A stretch of 64,000 bases of DNA from an uncultured Clostridia bacterium (GTDB lineage: Bacteria > Bacillota > Clostridia > TANB77 > CAG-465). The stretch covers positions 96,012 to 160,011 of the forward strand of contig CALXJI010000005.1 of NCBI GenBank assembly GCA_944388585.1, read 5' to 3'. How positions within the stretch are numbered: position 1 is the first letter of the stretch; every line of letters starts with the position of its first letter. Both the position numbers and the translations under genes were made by a program. Below, piece by piece: positions 1 through 10,098 of the stretch. The notes under the pieces are model-generated. The model saw only the letters and a list, made by a program, of their open reading frames with translations, made no database searches and was not told where the DNA came from.

Positions 1-1113
1 AAGATCTATTGTATTTATTTTTTTTATCTTTTTATTATTTAGTTTTACAGATATTATAGATAAAATATAAATAAATACTGTAAATAATAAAAGTATACAT
101 ATAAACATACCATAATCCGACTTAAGAATTATTTCTAACTTATACTTTAATATAAAATTTATAATTTGATTAATTAATATTGCTATAATAACAGATATTG
201 CAATTGATATTCCAATTATAGCAAGAATTCTATATTTCATTATTATATATATATCTTTTACTTTATATCCAATAGCCTTAAAAATCGCAATATCCATAGT
301 TTCATCATTAATAATATTAGAAATTATAATGCTTACTGATACATAATTAAATACAACAGCTAAAACTAATATTACTATTACTAATAAAGAAGCTATATTG
401 TATAATTTTATATCTGCTTGGCCACTAATATTGCTCAGATTTGCACTACAATCAAATTTATTTCTTAGTTCATCTATAACCAAGTCAACATTTTTATAAT
501 CGTCTACAATTGCAGTAATATAAGTTTGCGTTTCTATTTTTTTATTAACACTTACAATATAATTTTTTAAAGCTTCGTTAATATATAAATATCCCCTATT
601 TCCTTCCTGTATCCCGACAATATTTGCTGTAACAGTAATATTATTTAATTTTAGTGTTACTTCTTTTCCTAAATAATCTGATAAATCTACACGAGTATTG
701 GTTCTATCATACACAAAATTTGGTATTATTATCTGATAATTATCCTCATCGTCAAACAGATTTCCTTTATTAACATTTTGAATTTCTTCATTCATACAAT
801 AACCTACAGAAAAGTAATAATTATCTTCCATAGTAATACTTATTCCAGAATTAATTCCTTTATATGCAACATCAATATACTCTAGATTATTTATTTCATC
901 CATTTTAGAATCAGAAAATTCATAATCACTACTTACAAACAATACCCTATTTGCAATATTATTTTTAATCTTATTTTCTAAAACATCATTTAATAATGTC
1001 ATACAATAGACAATAGATAGTATAAAACCAAAAGTTATAGATATAGAAATAATGTATAATATTAACTTATTTCTTTTAAAAAAGTTTTTATATGCAGGTT
1101 CAAATAATCTCAT
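1..1113 (-). CDS. ABC transporter permease, FtsX-like (second permease; start ATG at 1111-1113 with upstream AGGTGA RBS; C-terminus runs off window)
   Basis: Reverse-strand translation from 1113 gives MRLFEPAYKNFFKRNKLILYIISISITFGF... with an N-terminal TM helix, a large extracytoplasmic domain and C-terminal ...DIAIFKAIGYK... helices typical of the FtsX/MacB family. Not in the ORF track because it is truncated by the window edge. Confidence 0.6.
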   Translation of the reverse strand, partial: MRLFEPAYKNFFKRNKLILYIISISITFGFILSIVYCMTLLNDVLENKIKNNIANRVLFVSSDYEFSDSKMDEINNLEYIDVAYKGINSGISITMEDNYYFSVGYCMNEEIQNVNKGNLFDDEDNYQIIIPNFVYDRTNTRVDLSDYLGKEVTLKLNNITVTANIVGIQEGNRGYLYINEALKNYIVSVNKKIETQTYITAIVDDYKNVDLVIDELRNKFDCSANLSNISGQADIKLYNIASLLVIVILVLAVVFNYVSVSIIISNIINDETMDIAIFKAIGYKVKDIYIIMKYRILAIIGISIAISVIIAILINQIINFILKYKLEIILKSDYGMFICILLLFTVFIYILSIISVKLNNKKIKKINTIDL

Positions 1114-1121
1114 ATAATCAC

Positions 1122-2390
1122 CTAACCTTCTTTATTTAGTGATAAAGGTGTTTTCTTGAATATTCCTTTTCCACCTAAATAACTTGCAATTGTCGGTATT
1201 AATATTGAAAAAATTAAAGCAACAATGCATACCCAAACATTTAAATTAACATTAAGTCTATCAAAATCTATATTTTTATTAAAAATAAATATTTTAATAA
1301 GATATATTGAAATAATAGAAATAATTAATCCTATTAAATATGCTCTTATTCCTATAATCAAATTTTCAAAAAGTAATATAGTCTTAATATTTTTGTTCTT
1401 ATACCCAATTGCTTTAAGTATTCCTATTTCATACTTTCTGTCATCAATTGCTTTTATACTTGATGTAGTAATACTAGATAAAACAATTATCATTAACACA
1501 GATAATACGATTGCTGTAACTACATTTATTATAACTACTATATACGTATTTACGGTACTTCTAACTATACATCTATAACCTAATTCCTCTACTTTTTCCA
1601 TTGTATTATTCAAATTCAAAGAATTATCTACATAAGCTATTATCTGCTCATCAGGACCTGAATAAATCACATTAGGATTTAAAACTGTATTTTCTTCGAC
1701 ATTCTTATTTATTTTAATTACATCTTCAAAAGAAACAAACAAATTATCTTCAAAAGGATATTCATCTACATCATATATTCCTATCACCTCAAACTCTTCT
1801 GTAAAAGTTTCTTTTCTAATACGTTCACCATTGCTCTCATCATATGAAAAATAATATATATTAATTTTCTTACCTAAAAAATCTTCACCATTTATGTACG
1901 CTTCTCTATCATATACTTGTTCTTTATTTTGCGAATATTTTCCATAATATATTTTATTTGGAATTAGACATACATTTGTCTCACCATTTTCTATATTTCT
2001 TCCTTGCATAACACTAGGCTGAATATTAACATCAGCTCCTTTAAAACTCAACCTCATATTTTCTTCATACTCATCAAAAAAATCACTATAAATAGTAGTC
2101 ATAGTTCTTTCTTCTTTTTCTGGAATTACTTTTGCTATATGATCTATCTCTTTAATGCTATTTATAATATCTTCTTGTTTTTCTTCAGGTACACCAAGTA
2201 CTACAATTGATCTATATGCTATATTATTTACCAATGCTCTATTCATATAATTACTTAAACATATATTAAAACTAATAACTAAAAGGCAAATAATAACAGA
2301 AATTGCTATTAGTATCGTATTAGAAATAACACCTTTTTTTCTTCTACTAAGATTCTTGTTTGCTAAAAATATATAATCTTTTATTTTCAT
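1122..2390 (-). CDS. ABC transporter permease, FtsX/MacB-like
   Basis: N-terminal TM helix, a periplasmic-like domain and a C-terminal 3-TM bundle (GILKAIGYKNKNI motif). Confidence 0.75.
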   Translation of the reverse strand: MKIKDYIFLANKNLSRRKKGVISNTILIAISVIICLLVISFNICLSNYMNRALVNNIAYRSIVVLGVPEEKQEDIINSIKEIDHIAKVIPEKEERTMTTIYSDFFDEYEENMRLSFKGADVNIQPSVMQGRNIENGETNVCLIPNKIYYGKYSQNKEQVYDREAYINGEDFLGKKINIYYFSYDESNGERIRKETFTEEFEVIGIYDVDEYPFEDNLFVSFEDVIKINKNVEENTVLNPNVIYSGPDEQIIAYVDNSLNLNNTMEKVEELGYRCIVRSTVNTYIVVIINVVTAIVLSVLMIIVLSSITTSSIKAIDDRKYEIGILKAIGYKNKNIKTILLFENLIIGIRAYLIGLIISIISIYLIKIFIFNKNIDFDRLNVNLNVWVCIVALIFSILIPTIASYLGGKGIFKKTPLSLNKEG

Positions 2391-2392
2391 AC

Positions 2393-3067
2393 TTACTCAC
2401 TCAACTTTCCTGAATTCATATAAAATACTTTATCTGCATACTTTTTAATATTTTCATTATGACTTACTACTACAACTGCTTTTCCATTATTTGCAAGATC
2501 TCTTAAAGTATTATATACAATTTCTTCATTTTTTACATCTAAGTTTCCTGTAGGCTCATCTGCTAAAATAAAATCAGGATCATTTGCAAGTGCTCTTGCT
2601 ATAGCAATTCTTTGTTGTTCACCTCCAGATAATTCTTTAGGATAATGATTAATCCTATTTTCAAGTCCAAAATTAGTTAAAAGCTTTAATGCTTTTCTTC
2701 TTCTATTGCTACTTTCAATATCTTTATTTATATACATTGGTAACATTACATTTTCAATAGCTGTAAGCTTTGGATTTAAATAAAAAGACTGAAACACAAA
2801 CCCAATCTTTTTTTGTCTTATATCTGCCTTTTCATCCTCTGAAATATTAGAAACATCTTGTCCATCAATATAAAGTTCTCCACTAGTTAAATTATCTAAT
2901 AATCCAAGTATCTGTATTAGCGTACTCTTTCCTGAACCTGAATGTCCCATAATAACATAAAGTTTTCCCATGTCAATTTTTAAATTTACATTATCCATTG
3001 CAGTAATTTTCTCATCTTTAAGACTATACTCCTTAATTCCATTTTTTAAAACTATACTTTTTTCCAT
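2393..3067 (-). CDS. ABC transporter ATP-binding protein (MacB/LolD-like)
   Basis: Walker A GHSGSGKST, ABC signature LSGGEQQRIAIARAL, Walker B ILADEPTGNLD. Confidence 0.9.
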   Translation of the reverse strand: MEKSIVLKNGIKEYSLKDEKITAMDNVNLKIDMGKLYVIMGHSGSGKSTLIQILGLLDNLTSGELYIDGQDVSNISEDEKADIRQKKIGFVFQSFYLNPKLTAIENVMLPMYINKDIESSNRRRKALKLLTNFGLENRINHYPKELSGGEQQRIAIARALANDPDFILADEPTGNLDVKNEEIVYNTLRDLANNGKAVVVVSHNENIKKYADKVFYMNSGKLSE

Positions 3068-3285
3068 ACACAAATCCTTTCCATTATAATATTAAAATTA
3101 TAATTTTATATCTTACACAAATAGAACAAAAATGAACTGTTTTATAATTATTTACTACATAGAAGTATACATTGCTTAACTGAGTATATTTTTTTGATTT
3201 TATACTAACTATTACCGATTAATAACTATTGATTTTATTTTAGCATAATAATTGAAATATATAAATGTTTTAAAAAAAATTTCTC

Positions 3286-4247
3286 TTATAATTTTAAGAG
3301 AAATTTTTCAAACACATATTTTAAATAATCTGTTACATTTGATTTTGATACATTGTTATTTGCTACTATATTACTTTCACCTATTTTTTCATTAGTTGCT
3401 TTATCAAAAATCTCAACTTTTCCAACTACTTGATCTATTTCTATTGGACTACTTAATCCTTCATTATATGTAATCACTTGCTCTGTTTCTATATTTTGAC
3501 CTTTATTTAATAATGAATAAACGTCATTTTCTATTCTTGTTTCTAGTTTATCTTTTACATTTTTACTTACTGTAATTTGATCTAAAATTGTATTTGATGA
3601 ACATATTTTTTTGGTTTCATAAGTAGAGAAGCCATAATCAAGTAATGTTTTTGTTTCTTCTGTTCTAATATCTGATGTTGGAGCTTTCATAACAACACTA
3701 ATAAACGTAGTATCGCCTCTTGTAGCGGTAGCAACTAAATTATATAATGCATTCGATGTATATCCAGTTTTTAATCCTGTTGCTCCATCATAATATCTTA
3801 TAAGCTTATTAGTACTACTAAGTCCAAATTCTCCATTTCTTAAAGTGTCCATCCAAATTGATGTATAATTTAAAATATTAGGATGTTTGGTTATTAATTC
3901 CCTAGACATTATTGCTATATCTTTTGCACTAGTATAATGCCCTTCTTCATCTATTCCATGTGAATTCATAAAATGTGTATTTTCCATACCTAACTCTTCC
4001 GCCTTAGCATTCATCATATTTACAAAATTTTCTTCACTTCCACCAATAAGTTCTGCCATAGCTACTGTTACATCATTTGCTGATACTACACATATAGCTT
4101 TTAGTGCATCATCTATTGTTATTTGTTCTCCTTCTTTAAACCAAATTTGCGAACCTCCCATTTCAGATGCTTTTTTACTACATGTTACAGTATCATCATA
4201 TGAAAGTCCACCATAATCTATTTGCTCCATTATTAAAAGCAATGTCA
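3286..4247 (-). CDS. D-alanyl-D-alanine carboxypeptidase (PBP5/Dac family), 3' part of a gene interrupted by the inserted element
   Basis: Begins mid-domain at (M)KVMTLLLIMEQID and contains the SxN motif (SAN) and the KTG motif (LKTGYT). The N-terminal signal peptide and SxxK motif are found 16 kb away at 20593..20862. Confidence 0.8.
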
Positions 4248-5926
4248 TAACCTTCATTATCGCCAGTCAAAAGACACTTCTTTGGACTATTTTTTTGGGC
4301 TTTTAAAAAGCCCAATTTAAAGTTAATCTCATCTATTTCATCAAATTTAAAATAAATTTGTAGTTTTACATTTTTTCTATTATTATCTATTTTTGTAACT
4401 ATTATCTTATCTACTAATAGTTCTAAATATAAATCTAAGTTTTCTCTTTTACTTAAATCTAACTCATCAACTATAACTTTTTTTAAATTTTCTATATACT
4501 TATCAAAGTTTTTCATTTCTTCTTTTTTTTGCTCGTTTTCTTTAACTTTTTCTTTTAAGTTATTTAATTCTATATTTAATTTGTCATTTCTTTCTTTAAA
4601 CTCTTCATCATCTATATAACCATTTAAGTTAAGATTTAATAACTTTTCTTTTTTATTGCTCACATTTTGCATCTTTTTTTCTAAATTAGTATATTCATTA
4701 TTAATCTTTAAGTCTAAATTATTTTTTTGATATATATTTAATAATTTATTTATTATTTTATTTTTATTCATTTCAAATTTAGAAAATACACTTTTAATAA
4801 TTTCATATAGTTCTTCTTCTAACAAAATTGGACTTGCACAAACTTTTACTCCACCATTATCATATCTAGCACATACCCAAACTGGTCTACATTTTCTTTT
4901 TGGTCCAGCTGACCTAATAAAATTGGTTTGGTGTTCACTACATATTAATTTTCCACTAAATCCATATCTATTAGAAAATTTACTTTTATCTGGATTATTT
5001 TCATAAAATTTTTTACTTCTTTTTTCAAAAATCTCATTAGCTTTATTCCAAAGTTCTTCACTCACAATTGGTGGCACTATACTCTCATCATCACATTTTT
5101 TTACTATCCAATCTTTTCTATCATTTCTTACTTGCTTGGAACTCCTATAATCTAATTTAGAAGTAGTATTTGAACAATAATATCCTTTATATTTAGGATT
5201 AACCAAACATCTTTTTAAATTTGTTGGACTAATACGAGTATTATTACTAGTCTTATATCCATTTTCATATAATATGTGTGATATTTTTTCAAATCCATAC
5301 TTGCCAGTAGCATATAGTTCAAATAGTTTTCTTACAACTTCTGCTTCTTTTTCATCTATAACAAGTTTTCCTTTATCTTTTACATATCCACGAATATTAT
5401 TGTTCCCCAATACTCTATTTTTTTCAACAGACCTTTTAAGACCAAACCTTACTCTTTCTGATAGCTTTCTTACTTCATCTTGTGCTATACTTGCCATTAT
5501 TGCAAGTCTTAATTCTGAGTCTGGTAGTATTGTATTTATGTTATCTGTCTCGAAGTACACTCCCACATTTCTTTCTAAAAGTTCTCTAGTATATTTTATA
5601 CTATCTAAAGTATCACGAGCAAATCTACTTATTTCTTTCGTAAGAATTAAATCAAATTTATCTTTTTTTGAGTCTTCAATCATATTTAAAAAATCTTCTC
5701 TTTTTTTTGTACTAGTTCCACTTATTCCCTCATCAACATATCCTTCAATATATGTCCAATTCGAAACACTTTTGATTTTATTTTCATAGTAAAACTTTTG
5801 ATTTTCTAAAGAATTTAGTTGATTTTCTTTTTCAGACGATACTCTTGCATAAAAAGTAACTCTTAAATTCAAGTCATATATGCTTTTACCTGACATCAAT
5901 TCTTTTCTTAGATTTGCAAAGCTCAT
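4196..5926 (-). CDS. Large serine recombinase (resolvase catalytic domain + recombinase domain + zinc ribbon + coiled coil)
   Basis: N-terminal YARVSSEKENQ catalytic serine motif; DEGISGTS; recombinase domain; Cys-rich zinc ribbon; K/E-rich coiled coil. The last ~16 codons and the stop lie in host dac-derived DNA beyond the GTCAT core. Confidence 0.9.
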   Translation of the reverse strand: MSFANLRKELMSGKSIYDLNLRVTFYARVSSEKENQLNSLENQKFYYENKIKSVSNWTYIEGYVDEGISGTSTKKREDFLNMIEDSKKDKFDLILTKEISRFARDTLDSIKYTRELLERNVGVYFETDNINTILPDSELRLAIMASIAQDEVRKLSERVRFGLKRSVEKNRVLGNNNIRGYVKDKGKLVIDEKEAEVVRKLFELYATGKYGFEKISHILYENGYKTSNNTRISPTNLKRCLVNPKYKGYYCSNTTSKLDYRSSKQVRNDRKDWIVKKCDDESIVPPIVSEELWNKANEIFEKRSKKFYENNPDKSKFSNRYGFSGKLICSEHQTNFIRSAGPKRKCRPVWVCARYDNGGVKVCASPILLEEELYEIIKSVFSKFEMNKNKIINKLLNIYQKNNLDLKINNEYTNLEKKMQNVSNKKEKLLNLNLNGYIDDEEFKERNDKLNIELNNLKEKVKENEQKKEEMKNFDKYIENLKKVIVDELDLSKRENLDLYLELLVDKIIVTKIDNNRKNVKLQIYFKFDEIDEINFKLGFLKAQKNSPKKCLLTGDNEGYDIAFNNGANRLWWTFI

Positions 5927-5949
5927 ATTAATTTTCCTCCAACTTTTGT

Positions 5950-6120
5950 ATAAATTTAACTACTTTTTGAAACTAGACTAAGTTCCTCTAGTATTTTATT
6001 ATTAGCATAAATATACATTTCGTAGGTTATATAATTTTTTTCATATAATCTTCTGTTAATTTTTTCTTCAATTTTCAACTCGTTCTTTTCATCTGTTAAT
6101 ATATTTAATTTATCTTTCAA
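5950..6120 (-). CDS. Small ORF (56 aa, TTG start, RBS AGGAGTGG) immediately upstream of and co-oriented with the recombinase gene; candidate regulator or directionality factor
   Basis: Own translation gives MKDKLNILTDEKNELKIEEKINRRLYEKNYITYEMYIYANNKILEELSLVSKSS. It ends 21 nt before the recombinase RBS GGAGG. Below the ORF-track size cutoff. Confidence 0.3.
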
Positions 6121-6214
6121 TATAACCACTCCTAGTTAAATCTTATTAAAGTTTATTATTTTTATTCTAATATAAAAATTATATTATATATATCCATATA
6201 TAGTTTTTTATTTT

Positions 6215-6305
6215 TGTACATTTTGTACATTGGTCTTATAAGTATTGGTACATAAACATTTGTTGTATTACATACATTTGTATCAATGTACAAATAAAAT
6301 GTACA
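6215..6305. repeat. Cluster of TGTACA hexamer repeats (iterons or operators) directly 3' of the primase-helicase gene
   Basis: TGTACA or GTACA at 6215, 6224, 6247, 6287 and 6300, plus CATACA and GTATCA variants. The reverse-complement arrangement tgtacaaaatgtaca recurs at 20428-20441. Confidence 0.5.
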
Positions 6306-9131
6306 TTAATCACAATTAGGTGGATTAGTTCCATAAGGTTGTAATTCTAAATATGGAACTTTATCTTTTTTTACTGCCCATACTATTTCCGTTTTATCTC
6401 TTGAAGTAGGACCTGGCATTTTCTTTCTAATAGTTGCTCTATCACTACCAACTTTTAAATATCCCTCATCTGATAAATGTTTTTGAAGTCCAGTTTTATT
6501 TATAGGAAATTTTATACCTTGTTGTGCATAAAACTTAGATACTTCATTTAGTACAGTTTCTGGGAAAAAATAATAATAGTTATTGTACTCATCTTTTGTT
6601 TCATCTACAAAACCTATAAGAGTTTTATTTTTATTATCTGTTAAATAAGACTCTTGCCAGTTTCTAACTATATATATTTTTCCGGTATTTTCAAGTTGAC
6701 TTATAGCATTAAAAAACATACTTATAGGTTTATTATCTTGTATTTTTAAAGTTTGCTCATTTGCTACAAAATTTAAAATATCCCAACTTTCTTTAAGTAG
6801 TTTCTCTTTATCTTGTTCGCTTATTATCTCATAAGATATTAGAAAGCTAATAAATAATTCATAAGATATTTGTAAGAAACATATTATTTCCGCGGTTCTC
6901 CCATGTAATAAATTATTTGTAATATCATTTCTATATTTTTCAAATTTATCCTTAGCATTATTTTTAATCTTATCAATGTTTGCTATTAGAACTTTAATAT
7001 ATTGTTTCATTGCATAAGATAATTTGTCTTTATTTCTTTGAAGTATAGTTAGTTTATCTAAATCTATACTATCTTTTTTTAAATCAATAATAAAACATCT
7101 AGCTAAACGGCTTTCTGATACCTCTGGAAATGATTCGCCAGTTACTAAACATAGACCTCGTGCTTTATAAGATTTTCTTAAAGTAACATCTACATTTAAT
7201 CTACCTCTAGCACTTCTGTCGCCATAGATAGCTATAACTTTTTCAAGAGTGTTTTTCATCTTTTTAGCCTCATTTGTTTCTGTACTAGGGTAGTAATCAT
7301 CTAATACTACCAAAGTGTCTGCTAATAAGTTACTTCTAACCTCAATACTATTTATTGTGTCTTTGCAACTGCATACAAAGCTATCTTTATCAAATCTACC
7401 AAAATGACAATTTAATAAAGCCGATAATGAACTCTTTCTACTACCACTTACTCCTACAACTGCAATTAAAAAATCTGGTACAATTCCTAAATCATCTAAT
7501 GATGACACTAAAGGAGCTAGATATGTAAAAGCAAATAATGGTAAGGTTATCTTTTTATCTGCTACATCTAAAATGCTATATGATAGTTGCAAACACTCTT
7601 TCAAATCATATTCTTGATTTGTAAATTCATATCTAACTAAACTATCATCAAGATTAACTTTTATAGTATCATCTCCACCAATATTTCCATTGTTGTACAA
7701 ATATACATACTTATCATTTTGTTTTATAAAACCAGTATGTGTATATACAACTTCTTTCTGCATATTTTTAGATACTATTTGTGTAACTTCACGAAGTTTA
7801 TCCTTATTACTTACTCCTGCATTTACTATTGGCGACATATCCCAAGTATTGTTTATTAACCATTTCATAGAGGTAAAATCTTCAATTTTTACTTCAATTT
7901 CATCTAATACATCACCATTACTCAAAACTGCTTTAATTTTATATACTGCTGATTTCTCTCCATTTCCATTATCATATATAATTACTTTACTTATAATTGG
8001 AACAAAATTAGATATTTTCTCTTTCTTTTCATATAGGCCATCTTCTGCAAAGACATAATTACTATTTTCTAGTAGTTCAATGTCCTTTTGATAATCATTA
8101 GGAATACTAGAGTTAGCTTTCTTTTTAACTTCTTTTTCTTTTACTTTTATTACATCTAGCTTATAAAAAATATCACTTTCATAAGCTATTGCTTTACCAC
8201 CAAAAAACATACTTGCCAAATTTGTTGGCTTAGAATCAGGATAGAATATACTTAGCTTGTCTAACAAATAATTAATAAAGCCTTTTGCTATTTCATAATC
8301 TGTTATTACTTCATTTAGTATATATACTAACCTCATCTTATGTTGTTTCTCGCTATGACTAAAACTATAATATGCAAATGTAGGTAATAGATTTATTTGT
8401 TTACAATAGTCAATAATCTTCTCTATTGTAATATGTCTTTTATCATCAGTAGTAAAATTTACTTTCTTTCCATTTTCTTCAATAGCATTATCTATATCTA
8501 TCATATATAGTTGTTGTCCTTTAAAATTTTCTTTAGCATTACCTTTAATACCTGATGGTATAGTTGTTTTTCCTAAAACAATGTTTTGTTTTATTTCATC
8601 TAGTGTATAGCCCTTAAATTGATTTTCATTAATCCTATTTTTTATACCTCCAACTTCATAACCTTGAGGCTTTGTAGAAAATTCAACTTCATCAAACATA
8701 CAAACTATTTTGTCTATTTTTTCTGCCACACTTACTTTAATAGCATTCTTAGATTTTGAATTATTTTGATTGGACTTCCTTTTAGATGTTGATTTACTAT
8801 ATGTAATATTATCATCTATTTGAAAATCTTTTTTAATAATATCAATAGCTTGTTCTTTAGAAACATTTTTATATCTTGCAACAAAATCTACAATATTTTT
8901 ACCAATAAAATTCTTATCTCCAAAATCACTTATATACTTATCTGATACACTAAAAGATGGGTTGGAATCCTTTCTAAATGGACTACTGTAGGCGATACTA
9001 TCGCCTCTAGCTATACCTTCTCCTAAATAATGTTCTACAACTTCTTTATTATCTAGAATACTACACAATTCTTCTATACTCACTTTTCTACCTCCTTTTA
9101 TTAAAAAGGAAACACACTTGATTTTTCGCAA
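6306..9131 (-). CDS. Replication protein: primase-polymerase (degenerate CHC2 zinc-finger-like N-terminus, DxD prim-pol motif) fused to a P-loop NTPase/helicase-like domain
   Basis: SSPFRKDSNPSFSV resembles the DnaG CHC2 motif CPFHxExTPSFxV but with Cys and His replaced. LYMIDIDNA prim-pol signature. Variant P-loop VVGVSGSRKSS. Size and architecture match Pri-Rep proteins of integrative elements. Confidence 0.55.
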   Translation of the reverse strand: MRKIKCVSFLIKGGRKVSIEELCSILDNKEVVEHYLGEGIARGDSIAYSSPFRKDSNPSFSVSDKYISDFGDKNFIGKNIVDFVARYKNVSKEQAIDIIKKDFQIDDNITYSKSTSKRKSNQNNSKSKNAIKVSVAEKIDKIVCMFDEVEFSTKPQGYEVGGIKNRINENQFKGYTLDEIKQNIVLGKTTIPSGIKGNAKENFKGQQLYMIDIDNAIEENGKKVNFTTDDKRHITIEKIIDYCKQINLLPTFAYYSFSHSEKQHKMRLVYILNEVITDYEIAKGFINYLLDKLSIFYPDSKPTNLASMFFGGKAIAYESDIFYKLDVIKVKEKEVKKKANSSIPNDYQKDIELLENSNYVFAEDGLYEKKEKISNFVPIISKVIIYDNGNGEKSAVYKIKAVLSNGDVLDEIEVKIEDFTSMKWLINNTWDMSPIVNAGVSNKDKLREVTQIVSKNMQKEVVYTHTGFIKQNDKYVYLYNNGNIGGDDTIKVNLDDSLVRYEFTNQEYDLKECLQLSYSILDVADKKITLPLFAFTYLAPLVSSLDDLGIVPDFLIAVVGVSGSRKSSLSALLNCHFGRFDKDSFVCSCKDTINSIEVRSNLLADTLVVLDDYYPSTETNEAKKMKNTLEKVIAIYGDRSARGRLNVDVTLRKSYKARGLCLVTGESFPEVSESRLARCFIIDLKKDSIDLDKLTILQRNKDKLSYAMKQYIKVLIANIDKIKNNAKDKFEKYRNDITNNLLHGRTAEIICFLQISYELFISFLISYEIISEQDKEKLLKESWDILNFVANEQTLKIQDNKPISMFFNAISQLENTGKIYIVRNWQESYLTDNKNKTLIGFVDETKDEYNNYYYFFPETVLNEVSKFYAQQGIKFPINKTGLQKHLSDEGYLKVGSDRATIRKKMPGPTSRDKTEIVWAVKKDKVPYLELQPYGTNPPNCD

Positions 9132-9284
9132 ATCTTATCATATAATATAATAGAAATGTAAAATAAAAGTGCATTTCCATAATTTTTTGAGTTGAAAGAA
9201 TTTTTTAGGGGCCTAATCTATAAAATTCTTTCTATTTTTTATATTATCAAACAAAGGTTTGTTTGTACATATTTCAAGTGATTT

Positions 9285-9881
9285 TTAAACAACAAAGTAA
9301 TCTTCACATTGACTAACATCTATTTCTCCCTCTTCAAGTTTGGCTACTTCTTGAAGTGTTGAAACATCTCCCACAAAATAGAAAATGTTATCTTCAAGTT
9401 GATTAAACTCACTTGAAGGTTGATATATAGTTGATTCTTGGGGAGTTGTAAGCTCCCAAAAACCAACTTTATATGAGTCATCAACTTTTACTCTACCTAT
9501 TTCTCTAAAAGAGTTGTATACCCTACGCATTCCACATCTATTGGAATACTGTAAAACTTCGCCATTCTTTTTAAAATATCCCAAGGAACTAACAATAGTT
9601 CCAGGAGTTATAGAATTGTCGCTATATCCATAGACTATGACTATTTGTCCATTAGCGAACTTCAATTTTAGTCTTGGAAGCTCGTTAGGGCCCATATCTT
9701 TTTTCTCTAGGAATACAGCAATATTTTCTGTAACTCTTACATATCCCTCATCAGTTTTTACTAATAATAGTACATCTTGATTTTGTTGTACTGCTTCAGC
9801 TTTTATTTGCTGAAATCTTTCTATTATAGGCTTATACATGCCTATCACTCCTTTCTTTTTTACAATATACACTTTTTTCAA
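9285..9881 (-). CDS. Hypothetical protein (198 aa)
   Basis: Long ORF with coding-like composition; no recognisable motif. Confidence 0.45.
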   Translation of the reverse strand: MKKVYIVKKKGVIGMYKPIIERFQQIKAEAVQQNQDVLLLVKTDEGYVRVTENIAVFLEKKDMGPNELPRLKLKFANGQIVIVYGYSDNSITPGTIVSSLGYFKKNGEVLQYSNRCGMRRVYNSFREIGRVKVDDSYKVGFWELTTPQESTIYQPSSEFNQLEDNIFYFVGDVSTLQEVAKLEEGEIDVSQCEDYFVV

Positions 9882-10098
9882 TGTGCGACTTACAAGTAGC
9901 TTAAATTGCTATTGTAACTTTTATTATTTCGTAGTATAATATTTATATATTTTTACTACGCATATCACGTGATAAAACAATTATAAGCGACAAAAACCTT
10001 GAAGTCAATGCATTTTCTTTGAATTTGTTAAAGTGTAGGAGTAGTAAAAAATGTTGAAAAAAGTGAATTTTTTTACTACGCAATTTAGGAGGAAAAAG

